Shown piece by piece: positions 53,008-64,000 of a stretch of 64,000 bases of DNA (positions are counted from its first letter, which is position 1; each line of letters starts with the position of its first letter). The stretch lies in contig OX597821.1 in assembly GCA_951406725.2 (NCBI GenBank), positions 40,610,001 to 40,674,000 of the forward strand, given 5' to 3'. A program made the position numbers and the translations under genes. Source of the DNA: Octopus vulgaris (taxonomy: Eukaryota). Under the pieces are notes generated by a model. That model was not told the DNA's origin. It worked only from the letters and a program-made list of their open reading frames with translations, and searched no databases.

Positions 53008-53014
<7 letters not shown>
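52922..53014. repeat. Near-perfect 93 bp palindrome
   Basis: TGTAAATGTAATATGTGACAATTATTCAGTAACCATGATAAAACTC-G-GAGTTTTATCATGGCTACCGAATAATTGTAACATATTACATTTACA. Confidence 0.85.
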
Positions 53015-53038
<24 letters not shown>

Positions 53039-53049
53039 TACGCACATAT

Positions 53050-53087
<38 letters not shown>

Positions 53088-54701
53088 CAAGGGAAACTAG
53101 AATTCTGGTATGGTGACCTTGCACCCTCTACACTCTTGGAGTGGTTGGCGTTAGGAAGGGCATCCAGCTGTTGAAACCCTGCCAGATCAGATTGGAACCT
53201 GGTGCAGCCATCTGGTTCACCAGTCCTCAGTCAAATCATTCAACCCATGCTAGCATGGAAAGTGGATGTTAAATGATAATGATGATGATGAATGGTATAA
53301 GATATGGATTTAGAGAATCAGGCAGCAGTCACAAAAAGCTCCTCTTAGAGACATGGTTGATAATCCACACAGCAATCAATTACAAAGAAGGATAAACATA
53401 ATTTCTTCCACACTGGAGAAGGATGCAAAACGGTTGGAATCTTATGGAAGTCACATGGTTAAATAAATATGTATCCACCTCTCATTCCTCCTGATTTGGG
53501 ATATATAAACAAGAAACTGAAAAAGGTTTCCGCATATATATTCACCAAAAGAGAATAAGAACTAAACTTTGAAAAAATGAGTCCTGGGGTCATTGGGGTC
53601 AGTTCATTTGATTAAAAATTCATCAAGGCAGTGCTCCAGCTTGGCCACTGTCAAATGACTGAAACAAGAGAAAGGTAAAAAAAAATGAACTATAGACAAG
53701 TGTAAAAGAGAACCAGGCGTGGCTCAGTGCAGCTCTTTCTTCATCCATTCTGGCGTCTTGGATATGCTGATTGGTCAAAGTTGAGCTGTGGAAAGGGTGG
53801 GGGATCTATGTCTGCTTGGGAGTGAGAGAGGCCCCTAAAAGAACTTTGGCAAAAGCATGGGACAAAGTACCAAGCTATACTTGCGGGTAAGGGATGGCAG
53901 GCTCTGTGTTTGTGTGTGTGTATGTGTGTTTGTGCATATGTGTATGTGTGTTAGAGTGTGTGTGCATGAGTGTGTGTGAGTCTCTCTCTCTGTGTGAGAG
54001 TCTGTGTGTGTGTGTGTAAGTCTCTGTGTATTTGTGTGCGTGTGTATGTGTGTGTGAGTTTCTATGTATGAGTGTATGTGTGTGTGCATGTGTGTGAGTG
54101 TGTGTATGTGTACATGTGTGTACGAGTGTGTGTGTCTGCACGTGTGACTGTGTATGTGTACATGTGTGCATGTGTGTGTGTTGGTGTGTTTGTACATACA
54201 CACATCTTTTAACTCTTATCTTTTAGCTTTTACTTGTTTCAGTCATCAGCCCGTGGCCATGCTGGGGCAATGCCTTCCAGAATTTTTAGTCAACGGAATT
54301 TACCCCTGTCCCTTTACTTTTTTAAAGTTTGGTGCTTATTCTATCAGTTACTTTTGCTGAAATGCTGACTTATGGAGATGTAAACACACCAACATCGGTT
54401 GTCACGTGGTGGTGGGGAACACACACACACACCTACACATACTCACATACACATACATACCCATACATTCACATGATGAGCTTCTTTCAGTTTCTATCTA
54501 CCAAATTAATCCATAAGATTTTGGATGGTCCCAGGCTATAGTAGAAACCATTTGCCCATGGTACCACTGAACCCAGAACCATGTGGTTTGAGAGCAAACC
54601 TCTCACGGCAGAGCAACGCTCATACCTATACATATAAGGAAGACATACATAGATAAAAACAGAGAGAGAAAGTGATATCAACTGTGAGACAGCAAGAGAC
54701 A

Positions 54702-54739
<38 letters not shown>

Positions 54740-56244
54740 CAGAGACAGAGAAGGAGAGACAGAGAGACAGAGAGAATGTGAAACACCATTCATGTGATTG
54801 GTGTGTGTTTGTAAATCATTCAAGTGTATCGACATAAATACAATTACTATCAGATGAAGGATGCCCCTGATATTGGTAAAACCAGCAGAAATATCATAAT
54901 TATTCGCTTAACTTGCACACAAAAGATGCTTTTATTAGTGAGCCAGCATTAAACTGTGGAATGGTTTCTAGAAATCCACAGAATTACAGACAACTTGGCA
55001 TAATATCAGTATTGTTTTTCATTTCACCATTTGACTACTTCCTACCTTAATTTTGAGATCTTCTTTGAAGAATCTTCATGATAGAACTGCCCCAAAAATC
55101 TGTGGAGATACCATATGAGAAAAGAGTATGAATGTCGGTAAGGAATGGAATATAATAATAATAATGTGTTCTGATTTCAATATGAAGCCTTAGAGTGACA
55201 AACAGAAGAAAGGAAATATGTTAAATTCTCATCAGGATTTGAAACTGGATCCTCAAGGTCTTCAGTTTGCCATCAGTGTTAGACAAAATTTGACAGAGAG
55301 TGTTAAAGCTATCTTCTTTTCTTTCTTTCTTTTTTTCTTTCTTTCTTTCTTTCTTTCCTTCTTTCTTTCCTTCTTTCTTTCATTCTTTCTTTCTTTTTTT
55401 CTTTCTGTCTGTCTGTTTCTCTTCTTTTGTTTGTTTGTGTTTTTCTTTAAGTGGTTGGCATTAGGAAAGGCATGTTGCCGTAGGAACCATGCCGAAGGCA
55501 GACATTGCAGCTTGATGCAGTTCTCTGGTTTGTCATGTCCTGTAAAGCCATCCAACAAACGCCAGCATGGAAGACATACACTAAACAATGATGATGATGG
55601 CAGTGGCTATGGTGGTGCTAGTAGTGGCGTCAATGGTGGCAGAGGAGTGCAGTATATGACTGTTTTCCGAAATTGGTATTTTGAATTTACTGAGATATTT
55701 TATTCAAATATGGAATAATCTTAACAAAAGTTATTAATGAATATTTGCCTCGTCAATATATTTTTTAGATCGTTACTTGATTGTGTTTGTGATTTGAAAT
55801 AAAATATTGACAGAGAGGCATCACCACTTTTATTAGCTCACACTGATGAAGTGTTATAGTATCTTATGCAGAGTTACATATATATATATATATGTAGGGA
55901 GAGTTCACGAAAAAAACAAAAGATGAAGATAGTTGGTGTAGACAACAAACAGATATATTAGTATAATGCTCAGGAATTGAAAACGTCTTTTACATTTCAA
56001 GCCAACGTTCTTCTACAGAAAGGGACACAGAAAAAAACAAGGAGAGAAACAAGGTGAGAAAAAAAAAATGTGTGTAGTGGCTACCAATCTATCATGGCAA
56101 CTTTCAGCCATGTGTATATTTAATCTGGAGATTTTGGTAGTTTTTTGAAGGGCTCAGTACTTCAAGCATGTTGGAATTAGGTCGTTTTTGCCCTTGCTCC
56201 CTTAATATAATTATATACATATGTATATTATTATTAATTTAACG

Positions 56245-56301
<57 letters not shown>

Positions 56302-56361
56302 TTTGTAAAAAAGAAAACCATAAATCTGAAAGAAGCACACTCTAAGGGGTAGAACAGCATC

Positions 56362-56474
56362 TATTAAAAATGGGGAAGGCTGGTTTACCTTAGGTTTCCC
56401 ATCCTTAAAGCTCAACCTTTTATGAACAGGAAACCTAAGGTAATCCCATCAACCAGCCTTCTCCAGTTTTAATA
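56362..56474. repeat. Short hairpin/MITE-like inverted repeat
   Basis: TATTAAAA.TGGGGAAGGCTGGTT..TACCTTAGGTTTCC / GGAAACCTAAGGTA..AACCAGCCTTCTCCA.TTTTAATA. Confidence 0.7.
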
Positions 56475-57048
56475 TACATACATGTGTGTGTGTGTGTGTG
56501 TGTGTGTGAAACAGGAGATTGGAAAATGCTTTGATATTATTCCTTCACAATTACACGTGTTTCATTTGATAATAGGAGTTACAAACTTTTCCATGTAGTA
56601 AAAAACATGTAAGATATCTATACATGCAAAATGATATGGGAATGGAGCTGTTTGAGTGCAAAGAATTAAAGAGCAACACTTAGCATCCTCATACAGCTAT
56701 AAAAAGGGTTATCAGGATGACCCTAAGGTTTGACATTCAAATCATGAATACCAGACCCTAAACTGGGTCAGAGTATATATTGTCCACTGGTCTTAATGGA
56801 AGTAAAAATGAAAATATTACAGAGACAGCTGTGTACAATTAAGGGTCACAAAATGAAATGGAATTTAAGTTTGGAAAACCATCCTCCAAGATATAAAATA
56901 TAAAACAAAGAATTATTTCATATGTGAAGTTTTACATATGAAGAATACTTGGAGAAGGATTATTACAAGAATAGAGACAAACTAGATATTGCACTAATAT
57001 TTACCATTCTAGCACCGCCAATCTTTGTGGCATTTACTTAGTCAAAAG

Positions 57049-57370
57049 TCTTTTTTAGGGAAATATTTTGAATGATTTTCTGTGGATGTGGGCACATTTT
57101 GGGGCAGATCCCTTATTGCTATTTAACAACTGGTATTTAGATGCAAAAACAGAATATTTCTTCCAGACATAATTTGCGATCTTTACCTCAGATTGCATAA
57201 GGCTCTGCCCTGCCTATTAACTTCTATTTGGAGGTTAGAAATGCAGTTTATGCCTGGAAGAAATATTCTGATTTTGCATCTAAATACCAGTTATTAAATA
57301 GCAATAAGGAATCAGCCCTAAAATGTGCACAAATCCATAGAAAATCGCTCAAATATTTCCCTAAAAAAGA
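57049..57370. mobile_element. Long foldback/MITE-like element (~135 bp arms)
   Basis: CTTATTGCTATTTAACAACTGGTATTTAGATGCAAAA pairs with TTTTGCATCTAAATACCAGTTATTAAATAGCAATAAG. Ends TCTTTTTTAGGGAAATATTT / AAATATTTCCCTAAAAAAGA. Confidence 0.8.
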
Positions 57371-57559
57371 TTCTTAATGAAGTGAATATCATAGAGATAT
57401 GCAGCAGAAACACTTATTGGTCAGATATAAATTAAATATGCTGCATAATTGACTGTAACAATAAAATATTTGTAAATGTATTATTCTACCTATTTATTTG
57501 AATTTTCTTGGATACACTCTGCAAACTGTTTAAAATCCAAAGAAGTGAATCCAGGATTT

Positions 57560-58500
57560 AACCTTTGGATGAAATACATTGAGATTGTTTTACCAAGAAT
57601 AATGTATCAATGCTTACCAAATCCCCAACTCTTTCCTCAAACTTTGCTCTTGTTTCTTCCTCTTTCAGGGTCCACACCTTTCTCCTCTCAACCATTCCCT
57701 TTTTCACACACTTTTTAACTTTCCTCTTATCCAAGTTAGCAACCACCAGCCTGTGCTGCAACTCCCTTTGGTATTGTCTTCACATCTCTCAGATACTTTC
57801 TCTTTTTCCTGCCGACCAACACAAAATCAATCTCTGTCTCATTCCCTTCTGCCCTGGAAGTCACCTTCCTTTTCTCTGTTTTCCTAAACCACTTATTCGC
57901 CACACAAAATTCTCTCTCATCGCAAAACTCTAAAGGCATCCTTTCTTCCAAATTTCTCTCCCCAATTCAATTTCCCCCATGCATACCCTCAAAGCCCCTG
58001 GAACCATTCCCCAACATGTCCATTAAAATCACCCATGCCCAAAACCAATTCATCTACCCTATGTAAGTCCCGCTCATTCGCCATTTCATCAAGGAACTGC
58101 TCTTTCTCAGTGATCCCTCTTCTACTTTGCAGACTATACACCAAAGAGACCCTCACCACTTCTTCCTCAAATGCTTACACTACTGTCATCGTTCTGTTAC
58201 TCTTTCTCCTGACCTCCACCGCCTTCTCACAGATTTCTTCCTTCACCAAAATTCCCACACCTCCAGTCCCTTTGCTATTTCCCAACCCCTACAACTTGTA
58301 CGTTCTTCCATTGACCCCCCACAAATCTTACTCCCTGGCCCCTCCACATAACCTCCTACACACAGCACACACACACCCTTCTCTTCCTCAATCCCTCGTA
58401 CACCTCAGTTCCCCTTCCACTCAGACTGCCCACATTCCAACTTCCCAACCTCACCCCAAGCTTCTCCTCAGGCTGTCGGCCATCATAAGGCTAGTCATGC
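57560..58500 (-). pseudogene. RTE-clade LINE 5' part: AP-endonuclease domain remnant
   Basis: RLGSWNVGSLSGRGTEV..RKRRV..CCV*EVMWRGQG, MGDFNGHVG, EIDFVLVGRK and QHRLVV motifs, with frameshifts. Confidence 0.85.
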
Positions 58501-59821
58501 TTGTGCAACTCAGGATGAAGGTTTGCACCTTCCTTTGTATAGATATATCATCATCATCATCATTGTTTAACATCTGTTTTCCATTCTGGCATGGGTTAGA
58601 TGGTTTGACTAGGGTCTGGGAAGCCAGGAGGCTGCACCAGGCTCCAGTCTGATCTGGCAGTGTTTCTACAGCTGGATGCCTTTCCTAACACCAACCACTC
58701 CAAGAGTGCTGTAGGTGCTTTTTATGTGCCACCAGCACAGGGGCCAGAGAAGGCTGGCAACGACCATGGTTGGTTGGTGCTTTTTATGTGCCAATGGCAC
58801 AAGGATCACAACTACAATTTCCATTTGATTTTGATTTTGATATATAGATATATAATAACTCTTGATATATTTTCGGGAGGATGGTAAATAAAACTGCTAA
58901 AAATAATTGTGATTTCTGTTAAATTAAAGAATTAAAGGGGTGAAATGCAGGTACACAGTCTCATCTCTTAATGAGTTTATTACAGAACCATTCTATAAGA
59001 ATTTCAGAAATATAAATAAATAGAATCCAAATTTAGACACCAAAATTTGTACAAAGCCATTGAAGTTGAAGATATATGTATGACTAGTTTATATTATATT
59101 TGACAAACAATATTCATGTGGGCTGTCAAGGTTAGATAAGGATTCACCTTAAATCTCTGCTCAGAAAGAACTCTATGACAAGCTGCTTTGTGAGTGGTGT
59201 TGGAGGAGTGGTGGGAGGGCATTTAGACTGGATTTAGTTGTCTATCTTTGGAGCCTTTCCAAAATAAAATTTAAAGATGTAAAACAGAAAAATAATGTAA
59301 AACTCAGAATAGACAGATATTCTGTTAGAGACTAAGCCATTTGGAATGGCAGAGATGGGAATCAAGAGATCCAAATTTGGAATGAACATTTCTTAAATAA
59401 AGAACGTTTTCAAAATTGCTTTGCTTCTCTTATGTTTTCTATTACTTAACCATTTTGATATTCCATAATCTATCATTTAGATAAAGCCATGTCTCAGAAC
59501 CAGTTCCTTGTTTTCTGTATAACCTTTCTAGTGGATATTTTGGCCAGTTTTGATAGGAGTTTTCTTTTCCTTCGGCCATCATCACAAGAATGGCACTGTC
59601 TTAATTTTGGATCATCTTCACACCCAGCTACTGGCATATTAAGTAGAATTCAGCACAAAACTAGTTGCTCTCTTGTTCACACATACACACCTACATGTAA
59701 GTGTGTGCACGTGTACATGTGTGTGTGTGTGTGTATATGTAAAGTAAGTCTTCTAAAAGTCCATAAGTCAGGAAAAAGATGCACTCGTATATTTATCAAC
59801 AGAGTGGGTTTAGTATCCAAC

Positions 59822-60055
59822 ATGTACATTACTATATGTCCACCATGGCTGATCTCACCAATCAGTTTCGTGCTAGGGGTGCAATGGAGTGTTAGATAAC
59901 AATCCAATTATATAACCCTATGCTTATCAGAGGCAGTCGATATTGGCTATCTCTGACGAGTGTAAGGTTATATAATTGGATTGTTACCTAAAACTTCGTT
60001 GTACCCCTAGCAAGAAACTGATTGGTAAGATCAGCCATCATGGATATATAACACT
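59822..60055. repeat. Foldback (inverted duplication) containing paired hammerhead-like motifs
   Basis: Arms of about 100 bp, e.g. ATGGCTGATCTCACCAATCAGTTTC / GAAACTGATTGGTAAGATCAGCCAT and ACAATCCAATTATATAACC / GGTTATATAATTGGATTGT. Confidence 0.85.
59945..60036 (+). ncRNA. Hammerhead-like motif (type I, long stem II), second family
   Basis: GGCTATCT-CTGACGA-GTGTAAGG...CCCCTAGCAA-GAAAC-TGATTG-GTA-AGATCAGCC. Stem I GGCT-ATCT/AGAT(C)AGCC and a GUA cleavage triplet. The inverted copy on the left arm has the canonical GCAC-GAAAC but CTGATAA. Confidence 0.45.
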
Positions 60056-60080
60056 TTACACTTCAGATAATAGATATATA

Positions 60081-60158
<78 letters not shown>

Positions 60159-60471
60159 TGTATATATATATAAAATCTCCTGCAAGTTAAACTGTAATCC
60201 CTTGATGACAGTGTAACCTTCATTTGACTAAGGTATCTTTGGCCTGATGAGTTGCTATCTGAGTACCCCTTGTTGAAAAATTACTGCTTCTGAGGTTCTG
60301 CTAGCTAGGAAACATATGATGCTTGGGCGGGGTGGCCCCGTCTTGCTGGGACCACTGCTCATCTCAATCTATCCCTCTGTGTTGTTTTATACAAAGATTT
60401 GTGGATTCTGTTTTTTTGAGGTCACCCTGTTTATATACATATGTATATGTATATGTTTATGTGTGTGTGTG

Positions 60472-60525
<54 letters not shown>

Positions 60526-61235
60526 ATATGTGTGTCTTTGCATCTGTGTTTGTTCCTTCATCACTGCTTGACACCGATAGGATAAGTACCAGGCTTAAAG
60601 TATAAGTCCTGGAGTCGATTTGTTTGACTAACAGATAGCACTGCAGCATGGCCACAGTCACATAACTGAAAAGAGTAAAAGAATAGAAGAATATATACAT
60701 AAATGTGTGTAAGTGTGTGTGAGTGGTTGTGATGTCTAAATAGTGATTAAGTCATTATGGTTTTGTGGGTAGATGTAGCATCGGCTGGTGACAAGTGATG
60801 CTTACTCACCTCTGTGTATAAGAAGTTCCTAGCTTCTTCTTTGGAAACTGTTAGAACACAAAAGAGATTCAAGAGTGTCAAAAGCAGAAGGAGATAATGT
60901 GCCAGAAGAGTGCAGCTGCAAAGAATTTCACAACAATTCCGACTCGGTCTTCATCAAACGATACAAATACAAAGGAAACAGATGTTTACTTGATATATCG
61001 AGGAAAAGGAAGAAGAGGAGGAGGGGGAGAGGAGGAGGAGGAGGAGGATGAGGACCTCATTGCCAATGGAAAAATTAATGGTGGTTGCAGGGTCGGTGGG
61101 AAGAGGAGGAGGAGGGAGAAGATGATGATGATGAGGATGATGAAAGTGGTAACAATAGTAGAGGTAATTGGGTTGGTACTGGAGAAAATAATAAAAATAA
61201 TAATAATAATAATAATAATGATAATAATAATAATG

Positions 61236-61308
<73 letters not shown>

Positions 61309-61897
61309 ACTAATAATAACAACACTGACAGCAGCAGTAATGATCATGATAATGTCTAGTGTGTCTCTAAGGAGTGACCAAAGTGCCATAAAATTTACTG
61401 AGATTGTCTGGAACTGAGATTTCAGCTTTTATAATCCGATTCCAACCATCCTCAAGAGATTTGCTGAGAGTTGTAATTTCTTCCAATTTCATGCAGGAAT
61501 TCATTAAGATGCAACTTGTATCTTTGTTGTTGTTGTTGTGTTTAAACAAAACATTAATCCTTTCGAATTGGCTTTCTTAATGCAAACTGGGATAGAACAC
61601 GCATCCATTGTTTAGGAAATGGGAAAACACAATCAATTACGCAACACAAAAGTTCCTTAATTAAGAGGAAGAATTCTTGAGAGTTACGGTTATGGTTAAC
61701 TTTTTACTGTTAACATTCCATTGTGAAAATGTTTAACAGAGATTCCTTATATGATGTGTGTGCATGTGTGTGTGTGTGCATTAATGAGTGTGTTTGTGTG
61801 TGTGTGTTTATGCGTGTGTTTGTGTGTGTATATCCATATATAAACATGTATACATACATATATATAAATTTGCATACACATGCATATATACATATAT

Positions 61898-61953
<56 letters not shown>

Positions 61954-62062
61954 ATAAATGCATATGTAATTGTATATGTATATATGTATATATGTATGTG
62001 TATATATATATATATAGATGTATATGAATAAATTCTACAGGCATGCATGTAGTTATATATAT

Positions 62063-62103
<41 letters not shown>

Positions 62104-62671
62104 GTTTTATGATATTTTTGCTTCGTAAAGGTTTCCTCATTGACACTTAGAGTGACATGTCAAAGGTAAATTTCATTAGTTGTGCCAAGTTGTTGATGGC
62201 TGCAGATCTTTGGAAACGGATAGGAATGAATTGAAACGGAAAGACACTTACGTAACCTCCTTCGTTAAAGATTCCGAAATTGTAAATCCATACAAAATAA
62301 TGCAACAACGGTCACATGACGGTCCTAGTTCTGATTACGAGGTTATTAGTGTTCTCATCATTCCATTTCCTTTATAAATTCTCTTGGAACTCACAGCTAC
62401 CATTCATATGAGAGCCTTGCTTATTGTCAGGCATGTAATAAACTAATTTATCAAATGTTATAAGGTTGCAATATGCATGGATAAAAGGAATATGATAATT
62501 ACTAGATGGAGATGTATTAATACCATTTATGCAACACAAGCAATACATGCACACTCACACTACTTATATACACATATATCTTTATATATGAGTGTGTGGG
62601 AGTGACAGTGTATGTGTATGCATGCATGCTTATGTATGCATGTGTATGTGCATTTGTATATATATATATAC

Positions 62672-62702
<31 letters not shown>

Positions 62703-63038
62703 TAGGTGCATGTGTGGCTCTATGGTAAAAGTTTGCTTCCCGCCCACATGGTTCCAGGTTCAATCCCACTGCATGACAAATTCAGCACGTGTGTTCTACC
62801 CCAACCTTGGCTTGACTGAAGCCTTGAGAGTGGATTTGGTAGATGGAAACTGAAAGAAGCCTGCTGTATAAATATGTACATATACATATATATATCTTTT
62901 AAATTCGTTTAAGATAACGTTATATATATGTATATGTATATATATACACATGTGTGTGTATGAGTATATGTGTATATATATATATATAAATATATAAGTA
63001 TTTAAACATATATACACATGTATATATATTTGTATATA

Positions 63039-63074
<36 letters not shown>

Positions 63075-63109
63075 TGTATGTATGTATGTATGTGTGTGTG
63101 TGTGTATGT

Positions 63110-64000
63110 CATCATAAATGCTTAACATCTGCTTTCTATAATGGCAAGGGTGGGACGGTTTGACTGAAAACTGGTTAGGAGGTAGGGGCTTGCACCAGGT
63201 TCCAATCTGATTTGGCAAGGTTTCTATGAGAGTGGGTGCTTTTTACATGAAGGTGGCACAGGTGCCATTGACCTGACACCAGCATAAGCCATGGCTACGG
63301 TCTCACTTGGCTTGGCAGGTCAACACGAGCACAGTATATCACCAAGGGCTTTGGTCACTTATCACTGCCTCCATGAGGCCCAACACTCAAATGGTGCTTT
63401 TTATGTGCCACCAGAAGGAGTGCCAATCAGGTGGCACTGGCATTGGCCATGACAATGATTTCACTCTGTTTGACATGCCTTCACAAGCACAGCGCGATGC
63501 TCAACAATTGAAGGGTCTAGTTATGTGACACTAGTATCGGCTACAGCTACGATCTCATTTGACTTGCCAGGTCTTCTCAAACACATTATATCCCCAAAGG
63601 TTTCAGTCACTTGTAATTGCCTCTGTGAGACCCAATATTCAAAGGTCGTGCTTCACCATCTCATCCCAGGACTTCCTGGGTCTACCTCTTCCACAGGTTC
63701 CCTCCACTGTTAGGGAGTGACATTTCTTCACACAGCTGTCCTCATCCAAACACAGCACATGACCATACTAGCGCAATCATATCTCTCTTGCACACCACAT
63801 CTGATGCTTCTTACGTCCAACTTTTCTCTCAAGATGCTCGCACTCTGTCATGTATGGACACAGACATTACACATCCAGTGGATCATACAAGCTACATCTC
63901 TTTCAAGCCTACACATTTCCTCACCAGTCACAGCCCATATTTCACACATGCATCATACAATCTGCTTTTTCTTTCTGAGTGGGCAGCCCTTTGTTACTAA
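63110..64000 (-). mobile_element. RTE-clade LINE 3' end (RT C-terminus plus 3' UTR), runs off the window
   Basis: Minus-strand translation resembles LREKLDVRSIRCGVQER..YGHVL..DEDSCVKKC..VEGTCGRGRPRK.WDE.VKHDL. The downstream UTR matches the many (CAT)n-tailed fragments in this window. Confidence 0.8.

Overview
AT-rich, microsatellite-dense eukaryotic DNA with no recognisable host exon, so probably intronic or intergenic. The SINE families and repeat content suggest an octopus or other cephalopod genome (inference). Nearly all listed ORFs are translations of simple repeats. The real coding content is transposable-element derived: one young, 5'-truncated R4/Dong non-LTR retrotransposon with an uninterrupted RT plus restriction-like endonuclease frame (41530-44484, minus), two older R4/Dong 3' fragments, a decayed mariner, and RTE and CR1/L2-like LINE remnants. 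Three tRNA-derived SINE families are abundant. The most notable observation is a short element present four times: a tRNA-like Pol III head, a (TAA)n tract and a minimal type I hammerhead ribozyme. Three copies are inserted as inverted-duplicated (foldback) units with 10-13 bp TSDs, an architecture typical of Penelope-like elements. The (TAA)n tract of one copy received two TAA-specific Dong retrotransposons, giving a TSD-bounded nest at 40290-44662. A second foldback with a different hammerhead-like motif lies at about 59820-60060, and several other long palindromes are present. All coordinates were read by eye, and the ends of old repeats are approximate.
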